DNA of 64,000 nt from Candidatus Latescibacterota bacterium (GTDB lineage: Bacteria > Latescibacterota > UBA2968 > UBA8231). Of this stretch, positions 38,214-47,973 are shown in pieces. A program made the position numbers and the translations under genes. The stretch covers positions 1,120,001-1,184,000 of the forward strand of contig OZ241889.1 in the NCBI GenBank assembly GCA_965203355.1, read 5' to 3'. Numbering within the stretch: position 1 is the stretch's first letter; each line of letters begins with the position of its first letter. A model generated the notes under the pieces. It was not told the origin of the DNA and made no database searches. It saw nothing but the letters and a program-made list of their open reading frames with translations.

Positions 38214-39956
38214 GAGGTCGCTCAATTCCTCGGTGAGGTGCTGGCGGCGGTACATGTCGGCGTACAGGCCATCGTGCGCGAGTAATTCGGCGTGGGTGCC
38301 CTCTTCGACAATGCGCCCTTCGTCGAGCGCGATGATGTGGTCCGCGTCCATGACGGTGGAGATGCGATGGGCAATGAGAATGGTGGTGCGCTCGGCCATG
38401 ATGTTGCGCAGGCGCTTGAGGATTTGCTCTTCGGTGCGGGTGTCGACGCTGGCCAAGGCGTCGTCGAGGATGAGGATTTTCGGTTGTCGCACAACCGAGC
38501 GGGCGAGGGCTGTGCGCTGCTTTTGCCCGCCCGACAGGGTGACGCCGCGCTCGCCGACGATGGTGCCCAGCCCTTGGGGAAAGGTCTCGAGGTCCGCGGC
38601 TAGTTGGGCCACCTCAAGGGCGCGTTCAACGTCGTCCGCGGTGGCCGAGTCGAGGGCGATGTTGTCGCGGATGCTCTCGGAGAACAGGAAGGTGTCTTGC
38701 GGCACGTAGCCGATGGCGTCGCGAAAGGTGCGCAGCGACATTTGTTCAATGGGTTTGCCGTCAATGAGCACTTGGCCCTCGCCGGCTTGGATGAGGCGGG
38801 GGATGAGCCGGGCGAGGGTACTCTTGCCCGACCCGACCCGACCGACGATGGCTAGGGTGCTGCCAGCCGGAATGTGGACCTCTATATCGCGTAGCACGGC
38901 TTGGCCGTTATAGGCAAAAGAGGCGCGGCGAAATTCGATTTCGCCTTGGATCGCCAAGCCGTCGCTTGGGTGCTGGTCGGGCTGGGACTTTTCTTTGAGC
39001 ACGGACTCAATGCGCAGCATGGAAGCCATGGCGCGTTGGTATTCATCGACGATGCGGCCCATCATCATCATCGGGCGGCTCATGCGGATCAAGTAGGCGT
39101 TGAAGGCGACAAAGGCGCCCAAGGTGAGCGTCCCTTCGACGACGCGGATGCCGCCCAGCCACAAAATGAACACCATGGACAGGCCGCTGATGAGGAAGGT
39201 AAAGGGGAAAAACGTGCTGTAGAGGTAGATTAGGCTGCGGTTGCGCTCGACGTATTCGTCGTTGAGCTGGGTGAAGCGGTCGATCTCGCCGCGTCGGCGG
39301 GCAAATGCCTTGACCACGCGCACGCCCGCGAGGTTTTCCTGTAAGCAGGTGCTAATGGCGGCAAATTGCTCTTGTACCAACTGATAGCGTCGGCGTACTT
39401 TGCCGCCTACCAAGCGCAAGATCGCGGTCATAATGGGCATGGGCAACAGCGCGTACAGGGTCAGTTGCCAGTCGTACAGGCACATGGCTGCCATGCTGAA
39501 GCTGAAGCCGAGCAGAGCGCTGAGGAACATGCGGAAGCCATGGCTGAGGTAGCGCTGGACGGCTTCGACGTCGTTGGTCGCTCGGGCCATTAAATCGCCG
39601 GTTCGGGCTTGTTGGAAGTAGCCCAAGGGCAAGGTGAGCAGGTGGGCGAAATAGCGCTGGCGGATGTCGCGCTCGACTCGGTACGAGGTGGCGGCTAAGT
39701 GCCAGCGCATACCAAAGGCCATGCTCCACTGTACCAGCCCCAAGCCGACGATGAGTGCCGCGTAATACGGCAGAAAAGTCAGGTCCGGCACCGTTTGATC
39801 TAGGCTGGCTCGGGCTTGGTTGATGACGCGTTCGAGGACGAGGGGGATGGAGACGGAAGCGAGCTGTTCGCCGAGCAAAAAGGCTAAGCCGACGACTAAG
39901 GCCCAGCGATAGGGGCGAAGGTGCGCGGCAAACGGTTTGAAGGGATTGAGGCTCAT
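38211..39956 (-). CDS. ABC exporter (TMD + NBD), MdlA-like half
   Basis: GRVGSGKS, LSGGQKQR and LILDD motifs. Confidence 0.9.
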   Translation of the reverse strand: MSLNPFKPFAAHLRPYRWALVVGLAFLLGEQLASVSIPLVLERVINQARASLDQTVPDLTFLPYYAALIVGLGLVQWSMAFGMRWHLAATSYRVERDIRQRYFAHLLTLPLGYFQQARTGDLMARATNDVEAVQRYLSHGFRMFLSALLGFSFSMAAMCLYDWQLTLYALLPMPIMTAILRLVGGKVRRRYQLVQEQFAAISTCLQENLAGVRVVKAFARRRGEIDRFTQLNDEYVERNRSLIYLYSTFFPFTFLISGLSMVFILWLGGIRVVEGTLTLGAFVAFNAYLIRMSRPMMMMGRIVDEYQRAMASMLRIESVLKEKSQPDQHPSDGLAIQGEIEFRRASFAYNGQAVLRDIEVHIPAGSTLAIVGRVGSGKSTLARLIPRLIQAGEGQVLIDGKPIEQMSLRTFRDAIGYVPQDTFLFSESIRDNIALDSATADDVERALEVAQLAADLETFPQGLGTIVGERGVTLSGGQKQRTALARSVVRQPKILILDDALASVDTRTEEQILKRLRNIMAERTTILIAHRISTVMDADHIIALDEGRIVEEGTHAELLAHDGLYADMYRRQHLTEELSDL

Positions 39957-40243
39957 GCGTTGTTTGGTGGAACGCTAATAACCCACTTAGACTAATACAT
40001 TTATAACCCGTGTCAAAGCACAAAGGCGATCCACTCGATGAATGCTTTCAGCGTGATTCTCGACGGAATCAAGCGTTGGGAGGGCGATGGGTGTTTTGTA
40101 CGCGAAGCGGTCTTTTCGCACGAGGAAAACGATCTTCTGTTCATAGATCACAGAATAGTGGTCAACGGTAGCGCGGGATTTGTTTGAAGGATACGAAATG
40201 GTCCGGGAGCGACCGGCCAGCCAACGCGAAAGAGAGAGGAACC

Positions 40244-41137
40244 ATGGGAAACTTGACTAAACGCACCCTAGGCCGCACGGGGATTGAGGTCACCCAACTC
40301 GGCTTTGGAGCAGCCGAGCGCGGCCTGCCAGATGAAGCCGAGTACGACGCCCGCGCCGGCAGCGTATTAAATGCGGCGCTCGATGCCGGGATCAACCTCG
40401 TTGATACGGCCCCGGATTACGGCGCGAGCGAGGAGCGGATCGGCCAGTATCTTAGCCATCGCCGCGCCGAGTTTTTTTTAGCTACCAAGTGCGGTTGCAA
40501 CATTGACGAGGATGGCAACAGACTGGCCCCAAGCCACTTGTGGACGGCCGAGCGCTTGCGCACCAACATCGACCAGAGCCTGCGCCGCCTAAAGACCGAC
40601 TGCGTAGATCTGCTCCAGATGCACAATCCCACCGTGGAAGATGTAGCGCTGGGCGGGCTGATCGAAGTGCTCGAAGATATTCGACAGAAGGGCAAGACCC
40701 GTTTTATTGGCGTGTCTTCCACGCTGCCGCATTTGGCCTCATTCGTGGAGTCGGGTGCGTTTGATGTGTTTCAGATTCCCTACTCCGCGCTGGAGCGCCA
40801 GCACGAGCGGATTATTCAGCAAGCAGCCGACGCTGGGGCGGGCATTCTCATTCGCGGCGGCATCAGCTTGGGGCACCGAGCCAATGAGGAGCGCCAGTCG
40901 AAATGGGAGCGGTCTGGTCTCGACCGACTCACCGGCGAGATGAGTCGCCACGAGTTTATCTTGCGCTTCACCCTGGCGCATCCAGCGTGTCACACGACGA
41001 TTGTCGGCACGACGAATCCCGAACACATGAAGGCTAATGTCGCTGCGGCCTTGGCGGGGCCATTGCCCGCGGATCGCTATGCAGAGGCGAAGGCCAAGCT
41101 GGCGAGTATTGGCGAGGAGCCGGACACACGCGATTAG
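40244..41137 (+). CDS. Aldo/keto reductase
   Basis: LGRTG, DTAPDYG..EE, SLRRLKTDCVDLLQMH and IGVS motifs. Confidence 0.9.
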   Translation: MGNLTKRTLGRTGIEVTQLGFGAAERGLPDEAEYDARAGSVLNAALDAGINLVDTAPDYGASEERIGQYLSHRRAEFFLATKCGCNIDEDGNRLAPSHLWTAERLRTNIDQSLRRLKTDCVDLLQMHNPTVEDVALGGLIEVLEDIRQKGKTRFIGVSSTLPHLASFVESGAFDVFQIPYSALERQHERIIQQAADAGAGILIRGGISLGHRANEERQSKWERSGLDRLTGEMSRHEFILRFTLAHPACHTTIVGTTNPEHMKANVAAALAGPLPADRYAEAKAKLASIGEEPDTRD

Positions 41138-41141
41138 GGCT

Positions 41142-41588
41142 TCACGCTGGTGCTGGTTTCAAGCGGTCCAGTGCTGCTTGGATAGCGGCGGTCAGGGCCT
41201 CGGGCTCGTCCGTGCCAATGCGGCAGGTCTTACCGCTCTTCATTTTTAGCTCCACGGCCTCCAGTCCCGAAACATTGTAGAGCCAGCCGTGGGGCGTCAG
41301 GCGAATGCCCCAGCCGTAGATCCAAGCGTTTTTCACCGGCCGGCAGGTGTCGATCTGAGCGAGCGGGAAGCGCTTGCGGATCAGGCCGATGCCAAAGCGG
41401 ATGCGGAGATGCTCGGCGTTGATCTCGACCGTCAGGCTGGCAAACAGCGCTAGGGCTGCGGCTTGGACTGCTACTATGCCGCCTAGCAGCGGGATGGTGG
41501 CTATGTTGCCTCCCCACAGTATGACGGCCGAGGCGATGACGATTACGATGCCTACCTTGCCGAACTGGGAGTGGCGATAGGTGTTCAC
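41142..41588 (-). CDS. Small membrane protein with PH-like C-terminal domain
   Basis: Two TM helices followed by YGWGIR and IGTDEP. GTG start inferred. Confidence 0.7.
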   Translation of the reverse strand: MNTYRHSQFGKVGIVIVIASAVILWGGNIATIPLLGGIVAVQAAALALFASLTVEINAEHLRIRFGIGLIRKRFPLAQIDTCRPVKNAWIYGWGIRLTPHGWLYNVSGLEAVELKMKSGKTCRIGTDEPEALTAAIQAALDRLKPAPA

Positions 41589-41739
41589 TGCATCTATTCC
41601 TGCGAGGGTTTGATCCACAGGCCCGACAGCTTGCCGTCGTGCTCGAGGACGAGGTGATGCGGTACTGTACCGGCCTTTGCAGCGGTGGATAAGTAGGTGC
41701 GGAATACACACCGCTAAATCGTAATAAAAGGAGAATCAC

Positions 41740-43119
41740 TTGACGAATATACCTCCTTCCTCGCCAGAGGAAGCCTTGGTCGAAGGGGAAGTGCAGGAGC
41801 GGAGGGCCGCGCTCCGGTACACGGTTCAAGAAGCCTTTGCGGCCGAGGATGTAAGCACCCTGCGTCTCATCCTCAACGACTATCATCCTGCGGACTTAGC
41901 CGATTTGTTCCGCTATCTAAACGACGAGGAGCAGCCCGTCGCATTGCAGGCGTTGGCTGAGCCGCTGGCCGCAGCGGTCTTGGCCGAGATGGACGCGGAT
42001 GTCCTGCGCGAGGTGGCCGAGGATATACCGGCTGACGATTTGTCGGGATTGGTTGACGAGATGGCTCCCGACGATGCGGCCGATGTCTTGGGCGGCCTGT
42101 CTGAGGAGCAAAGTGCCGAAGTCCTCAATTTGCTCGTCGGCGAGGAAGCCGGTCAGGTGCGCGCGTTGTTGGCTCACCCCGAGGATACGGCCGGCGGGCT
42201 GATGACCTCGCGCTTTATCGCGGTGTCCGAGGATATGAGTGCCGGTCAAGCCATAGAGCAGGTGCGGGCTTGGGCCGAGGACGAAGACGAGGTGTTCTAT
42301 CTCTACTTGATCGACCAAGAGGGGCTGTTGAGTGGCTTGGTGCCGCTCAAGCGGTTGTTGTTGGCCGCGGCCGATGTTTTGGTTGGCTCCTTGGCCAAGC
42401 GCAATCCAATTGCCGTGCGCAGCGATATGGACCAAGAGGAGATCGCCTATATCTTCGCCGAGTACGATCTGTTGGTATTGCCGGTGGTGGATGATGTGGG
42501 GCGCTTGGTGGGCGTGGTTACTGTGGACGACATTTTCGACGTCCTCGAAGAGGAGACCACCGAGGACCTGTACGAGATGGCGGCCATTTCCTCGGAGGAG
42601 CGCACGGATCGTCCGGCTGTAGGCGTACTGCGGCTGCGGTTGCCATGGCTGTTGGTTTGCTTGGCGGGCACGTTGCTCGCGGGCGCGGTGATCAAGCACT
42701 TTGACGATACGCTTGCCCAGGTTCTTGCGCTGTCTTTTTTCGTGCCAGCGGTCATGGCCATGGGCGGCAATACGGGCATCCAGACCGCTACGGTGACCGT
42801 GCGGAGCTTGGCCATTGGTCAAGGGCAATGGGGTTTGGTGGGACGCGAACTGCGGGTGGCTTTAGGCTTGGGGAGTATGCTCGGGGTTTTGTCTTGGGGT
42901 GTGGCTAGCGGATGGACCGGCGACATGCGCTTGGGGGGATGCGTGGGGTTGGCGATGGGAGCGGCGGTGGTGCTGGCGGCGGTGATGGGTGCGGTGGTGC
43001 CGTTGGTTTTCCGTCGCATTGGGGTTGATCCGGCTGTGGCCTCGGGGCCGCTGATCACCACGCTCAACGACGGGTTGTCGCTGCTGTTGTATTTTGGCAT
43101 CGCGGCGTTTTTCTTATAG
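41740..43119 (+). CDS. mgtE: Magnesium transporter MgtE
   Basis: HPADLAD, TAGGLM, CBS pair, GGNTGIQ and DPAVASGPLITT motifs. Confidence 0.95.
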   Translation: MTNIPPSSPEEALVEGEVQERRAALRYTVQEAFAAEDVSTLRLILNDYHPADLADLFRYLNDEEQPVALQALAEPLAAAVLAEMDADVLREVAEDIPADDLSGLVDEMAPDDAADVLGGLSEEQSAEVLNLLVGEEAGQVRALLAHPEDTAGGLMTSRFIAVSEDMSAGQAIEQVRAWAEDEDEVFYLYLIDQEGLLSGLVPLKRLLLAAADVLVGSLAKRNPIAVRSDMDQEEIAYIFAEYDLLVLPVVDDVGRLVGVVTVDDIFDVLEEETTEDLYEMAAISSEERTDRPAVGVLRLRLPWLLVCLAGTLLAGAVIKHFDDTLAQVLALSFFVPAVMAMGGNTGIQTATVTVRSLAIGQGQWGLVGRELRVALGLGSMLGVLSWGVASGWTGDMRLGGCVGLAMGAAVVLAAVMGAVVPLVFRRIGVDPAVASGPLITTLNDGLSLLLYFGIAAFFL

Positions 43120-43172
43120 CCAGCTATGAACGCGACTATCAAAGCAATGCCGGGCCGCGGGATGGAGCGCAA

Positions 43173-43856
43173 GTGAAACTAATCGTTACCAACGACGACG
43201 GCGTCGAAGCAGAGGGGCTGCAAACCCTAGTCCGTCTGGCGTCGCGGTGGGGCGAGGTCGTCGTCGTCGCGCCGGCCGAGCCTCAGTCCGGCGTTGGACA
43301 TCAGTTGACGACCGATAGGCCCATTCGCGTTGACAAACTGACAGAAGCACGCTACCGGATATGGGGAACGCCCGCCGACTGTTCTCGTCTGGCCCTCAAC
43401 TGCCTAGCGTCCGACGGCGACTGGGTGCTTTCTGGGATCAATCACGGCGGCAATCTGGGGGTGGATGTGTACGAATCCGGCACGGTAGCCGCCGCCAGAG
43501 AGGCGGCCATTCACGGTTGTAAGGCTGTCGCCTTGTCCCACTATACCGTAAAAGGTCGGTCGGTCGATTGGCCGTTGGCCGCCGAGCGGCTCCGGCCGGT
43601 TTTGGACGACTTGCTGAACGGGCCGCTGGAGTCTGGATATGTTCTGAACGTGAATCTGCCCCATCCCGAACACGACCGGACGTGCCTTGAAACGAAACAC
43701 GCCCCGGTGGACCCAAGCCCCCACCGAACCACATTCTCGCAAACCGATGCTGGCTTTTTATATACGGGAATCTATCAGGAGCGCTGGAGACAACTCGGCA
43801 GCGATGTGGATCTCTGTTTCAAGGGGCATATCTCGCTGTCGAAAATCGCCGTTTGA
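43173..43856 (+). CDS. surE: 5'/3'-nucleotidase SurE
   Basis: TNDDG, GTPADC, SGINHGGN and SGTVAAA motifs. Confidence 0.92.
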   Translation: MKLIVTNDDGVEAEGLQTLVRLASRWGEVVVVAPAEPQSGVGHQLTTDRPIRVDKLTEARYRIWGTPADCSRLALNCLASDGDWVLSGINHGGNLGVDVYESGTVAAAREAAIHGCKAVALSHYTVKGRSVDWPLAAERLRPVLDDLLNGPLESGYVLNVNLPHPEHDRTCLETKHAPVDPSPHRTTFSQTDAGFLYTGIYQERWRQLGSDVDLCFKGHISLSKIAV

Positions 43857-43948
43857 ATGCGTCTCATGCTTTGGCAGCCAAGCAACAGAGCGTATGATAG
43901 CTATCGAAGCGCGTGCGTCCGCGCACCGGCGCAAAGGAGATGAGAATA

Positions 43949-44164
43949 ATGCCACGGCGAATTGCCATTGTGGGTGGAGGCATTTCAGGGCTGGGTGCCG
44001 TATGGGCACTGCACCAGCCCCCGGACCGTTTTGATTTCCGACTGTTCGAGGCTAACGAACATATCGGCGGAAACGCCATTACCGCCGATATGCCGCCAAA
44101 CAGCGGCGGCTCAATCTCCTTCGACATCTCGGTGACCGCCTGCATCCCTAAGAAGCCTTTTTAA
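43949..44164 (+). pseudogene. N-terminal fragment of an FAD-dependent oxidoreductase, cut by a MITE
   Basis: IAIVGGGISGL...FEANEHIGG, then the frame runs into the MITE TIR and stops. Confidence 0.75.
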
Positions 44165-44250
44165 AATTCTCGTCGGACTCCTTCAACGGGCGTCGAGAGG
44201 TTCCTAAGTCGGGCGTTTTCCGAGCGGCTTTAAACAAGTAAAAAGGCTTC
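44152..44250. mobile_element. MITE copy 4
   Basis: taa-gaagcctttttaaaa...taaaaaggcttc-taa. Internal sequence matches copy 1. Confidence 0.75.
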
Positions 44251-44332
44251 TAACAAACCTTAGCGGTTGCCTGAACACGCTAAAAAGCCACCTGAATTTA
44301 GGTTGATCGACAAAACACGGCGGAGCAAAGCG

Positions 44333-45505
44333 ATGAAAATAGCCGATGTCAAAGCGTTCCCATTGCGGATTAGTAAACAGGCCGATGAGCAATCGGCGGG
44401 GCTCTCGCGGCCACCGACGATCGAGGTCGGCGATTACTTTGTGGATCGCACGGCGTTCACGACGATCTACTCGCCCCATCACGAGACCACCGTTATCCGG
44501 GTTGAAACGGACCATGGGCTCGTCGGGTGGGGTGAAGCGCAGTCGCCGGTGTCGCCGAATACGACTGCGACAATAGTGCGCGAATTGGTGCGACCCTTGG
44601 TGGTGGGACGCGATCCGTTCGACATTGAGGCGATTTGGACGCGCAACTATGGGGCGATGCGAGAGCGCGGACATCCGACGGGTTTCTACATTGACGCGCT
44701 CGGCGGGACGGACATCGCGTTGTGGGACATCGTGGGCAAGGCCGTCGGAAAGCCGGTACACAAAATTGCGGGTGGGCGCTATCGAGATGCGATCTTGCTC
44801 TACGCGGGGATTGGCGGCACGGATCCAATGAAGGTTGCAGACGCGGCTGAGGAGCATGTGGGCTATGGGTACAAGGCGCTGAAGTTGCATTTGTTGTTGG
44901 ATGTGGAGGGCGTCGTGGAGATTTGCCGTGCCGTGCGGCAGCGCGTGGGGCCGGGCATCATGCTGATGGTCGATACGCACATGCGGCAGACGGTCGCTAG
45001 CTCGATACGGCTGGGCCGCGAGTTGGAGAAGCTAAACTTCACTTGGCTGGAGGCACCGATCGTACCGGACGATATACCGGGTCAGGCGGAGATAACTCGA
45101 GCGTTGGACATGGCGGTGGCGATAGGGGAATGGACGCGCACTCGCTATGAGATGCGAGAGCAGTTTGAGCGTCGAGCGTACGACATTTTGATGCACGACA
45201 TCGCGCGGACGGGGATTACCGAGGGGCACCGGATTGCGACGCTGGCCGACACCTACAACATTCCGGTCGCGCCGCATGTCGGAGGGGGTGGGATCCTGTC
45301 GGTGGCGGCAACGGTCGAATGGTCGGCATCGTGTCCAAATTTCGCGATCATGGAGCACAGCCACCACGCCAACGCGGTCAAGAGTCAAATACTCAAGGAG
45401 CCGTACGAACCCGAAAACGGCTACTACAAGGTTGCGGATCGGCCGGGTTTGGGGGTTGAGGTGGATGAGGCGGCGTTGGCGACGTACGCGTTTCCGGGGA
45501 GTTGA
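44333..45505 (+). CDS. Mandelate racemase/muconate lactonizing enzyme family protein
   Basis: GWGE, DIALWDIVGK, LMVD, WLEAP, GE and PGLGVE motifs. Confidence 0.9.
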   Translation: MKIADVKAFPLRISKQADEQSAGLSRPPTIEVGDYFVDRTAFTTIYSPHHETTVIRVETDHGLVGWGEAQSPVSPNTTATIVRELVRPLVVGRDPFDIEAIWTRNYGAMRERGHPTGFYIDALGGTDIALWDIVGKAVGKPVHKIAGGRYRDAILLYAGIGGTDPMKVADAAEEHVGYGYKALKLHLLLDVEGVVEICRAVRQRVGPGIMLMVDTHMRQTVASSIRLGRELEKLNFTWLEAPIVPDDIPGQAEITRALDMAVAIGEWTRTRYEMREQFERRAYDILMHDIARTGITEGHRIATLADTYNIPVAPHVGGGGILSVAATVEWSASCPNFAIMEHSHHANAVKSQILKEPYEPENGYYKVADRPGLGVEVDEAALATYAFPGS

Positions 45506-45617
45506 GCTTGGCCCGCTGACTGGTGCTTCGCGAAAAAAATGGTACGACTCCAAAGCCGAAGCCCCTGGTCGGCAGCCTTGCGAGGCCGTGCCCGCAACGA
45601 ATTAAAAAAGGAGAAGT

Positions 45618-46421
45618 ATGGAGGATTTAAAGGCTCTAATGATCGTTTTTGCCGGCTGCGTTATGCACGCCGTCCCCGGGCTGGCGCGGTCGGCTGATGA
45701 TGAGAGCGAGGGATACGTCGGCACTATGGTGGCTGTCATTTTGGGTCAGGACCTGCACCATAAAACGGCTTTTATCACCCCTGATAGTACAGAGTTGACG
45801 GTTTCGAGCCATCTCGTTATTGATTACGGAATTGGGTTTGCGGCCGTTGCGGGAAAAGGCATTTCCGATTACACGGCACTTGAATTTACCGGCTCTTGGG
45901 CGAGGCTGCCATCCCATCTCGACGTTCCCCTTCCCTTGCCGCCCCTGTTTGCCGAAGGGCTCTCCCAAAATGGTTTTGAGCTACCTAGCGGTTTCAACTA
46001 TGACGGGAAAACAGTGATACTACAGTCGAAGGTTGATCTTTTGCTTTTCCCGATAAAGATGGCCACGAGTCCCAGCGATGGCGCGAAGCCTTACTTGGGG
46101 GGAGGCTTGGGAATCGTGCGATCGCACCTAGATTTGGATATTGAAAAGGAGGGGTCGCAGGCCGTTATCGAGGCTTTAGGGGAGTTTGCCGAATTGATTG
46201 CCGAAAATCTCGCCAGACACATTCCCGAAAATCTCGCGGAACTTATTCCCGAAAAGATAGACGAAAAAGAAATCGATTTTCAATTGACCCTGCGCGCAGG
46301 TGTAAACATGCCTTTCAACAACATGGACTTAGATTTGGGATGGCAGTTTTATAGAACGTACGTTAATGGAGAAGACAACAACTCCCATGTGGCGAGCGGC
46401 ATCCTGAAGTACGTTTTTTAA
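45618..46421 (+). CDS. Outer-membrane beta-barrel protein (OmpA/opacity-like)
   Basis: Signal peptide, PYLGGGLG, C-terminal Y-x-F. Confidence 0.65.
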   Translation: MEDLKALMIVFAGCVMHAVPGLARSADDESEGYVGTMVAVILGQDLHHKTAFITPDSTELTVSSHLVIDYGIGFAAVAGKGISDYTALEFTGSWARLPSHLDVPLPLPPLFAEGLSQNGFELPSGFNYDGKTVILQSKVDLLLFPIKMATSPSDGAKPYLGGGLGIVRSHLDLDIEKEGSQAVIEALGEFAELIAENLARHIPENLAELIPEKIDEKEIDFQLTLRAGVNMPFNNMDLDLGWQFYRTYVNGEDNNSHVASGILKYVF

Positions 46422-46460
46422 GCGGCTGCGATCTCTGCGCCTTGAAATGATTGAAGTGAT

Positions 46461-46673
46461 GGACGCGCATTGCTCCGAGTGAGAGCTCGGCCTATATTGG
46501 TAACAGTAGCGAGTATATAACTTCCGTTGGGGGTGGTCCGATGGCGGGCCTGAGATTGAGACCCTTCGAACCTAAACTGGATCGTGCCAGCCTAGGGAAA
46601 CGGATGCCGGACGCACCGCTGGCCCATCTGGGGCGAGCGGTTTTTTATGCGCCTGCGACGGAGTCATTCCGCA
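46461..46673 (+). repeat. Duplicated promoter-riboswitch-terminator leader, copy 1
   Basis: Aligns with 48891-49111. Contains TTGCTC-17-TATATT. Confidence 0.9.
46523..46604 (+). ncRNA. TPP riboswitch, variant copy
   Basis: P1 tccgtt/aacgga, GGGG..CTGAGA..ACCC..ACCT(A)..GCCAGC(C)TAGGGAA. Terminator at 46615-46646. Confidence 0.8.
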
Positions 46674-46782
46674 AGGCACCTTTTCTTGCAAACTGGGGCG
46701 ATAAGTGTGTATCATCCGAGCCTTCGTCGCTCCTACCGACGAAGAGGTTGCTTTATATGCCTTAATTAGTGATAGGATTCAG

Positions 46783-47820
46783 ATGATGATAAAAAAGCAA
46801 GCTACCATTAAAGATGTTGCACGGGAGTTGCAGATTTCGCATTCAACCGTCTCACGGGCACTATCTGCGGATCGGAAGGTGTCGGCACTAGTGAAGGAGG
46901 AGACTCGAAAACGGGTGCAGCAAGTAGCCGCCGAGCTTGACTATATTCCCAATTTTATAGCGCAGGGGTTTGTAACGGGGAAGACGGGTACCTTGGGTCT
47001 GCTGACCTATCAGATTTCCCTAGAGATGTTTGGCCGTCAGACTAATCAGATTTTGCAGGAGGCTGATAAGCAGAAGTATCGCATTCTGATGGGCATGGCC
47101 CCTAACCGGTTTCAGGAGTTGCCACTAGAGGATCAAACTTTGCAGATAAAGCAGTTGCTTTCCCGGGGCATAGACGGACTCTTGATTCACACCCGGGGCG
47201 ACCGAGGAGAGGCCGAGCGCATTTTAAGCACCGTGCAGGGACGAATGCCGGTGGTGACTTTTACCGATCCGATTCAAAGTTTGAGTGGAGTCGTGTTGGA
47301 AGAGATAACGAGTTTTTGCGAGGCCACCGAGTATTTGATCCGTCTGGGGCACGAGCGGATCGGGTTTATCGGGACGGACTGGAGTAAGAACCTCGTGGGT
47401 TCAGCCAAGGGCAAGGGGTATATGCTAGCGATGCAAAAGCACGGCTTGACTCCCAAACGCATACCTAGCAAAACCTTTCCCAAAAAACCGACACATCGCT
47501 TAGGGGAAAGGCTGGGCGACCGATTTACAGCTCTTGTGTGCCGAAACGATTACGAGGCCATAATCGCTTGTCACGGACTAAGGGCAGCGGGCTTTCGCGT
47601 CCCCGAGGATGTAGCTGTGGTGGGAAACGGCGATCTGGATTTGGCAGCGTATGTGACACCGGCACTGACGACTTTGGCAATTCCCTACGCGGCGATTGCC
47701 CAGGCGGCGATGGAGTTAATGCTGGAACAGCTTGCAGGGAAGCAGGACGAGCCTCGGCAAGTAGTCTTGAAATCGTCGCTGGTCGTGCGGGAATCTTGTG
47801 GGGCGAACAACAAGAAATAA
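46783..47820 (+). CDS. LacI family transcriptional regulator
   Basis: TIKDVARELQISHSTVSRAL HTH, VPEDVAVVG and LVVRES motifs. Confidence 0.92.
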   Translation: MMIKKQATIKDVARELQISHSTVSRALSADRKVSALVKEETRKRVQQVAAELDYIPNFIAQGFVTGKTGTLGLLTYQISLEMFGRQTNQILQEADKQKYRILMGMAPNRFQELPLEDQTLQIKQLLSRGIDGLLIHTRGDRGEAERILSTVQGRMPVVTFTDPIQSLSGVVLEEITSFCEATEYLIRLGHERIGFIGTDWSKNLVGSAKGKGYMLAMQKHGLTPKRIPSKTFPKKPTHRLGERLGDRFTALVCRNDYEAIIACHGLRAAGFRVPEDVAVVGNGDLDLAAYVTPALTTLAIPYAAIAQAAMELMLEQLAGKQDEPRQVVLKSSLVVRESCGANNKK

Positions 47821-47973
47821 GCGGAACACTAACTTGACACGGTAGAGTGAAAGGATAGATTTATCGCTCTAAATGCAAACGTGTGAATATAAGAATATCA
47901 TTCGATTGCTGAGTTGAATATTGATATTGACATGGTGTTACCCTCCGGGGACTTTTTTTAGTACTGAAAGCCG

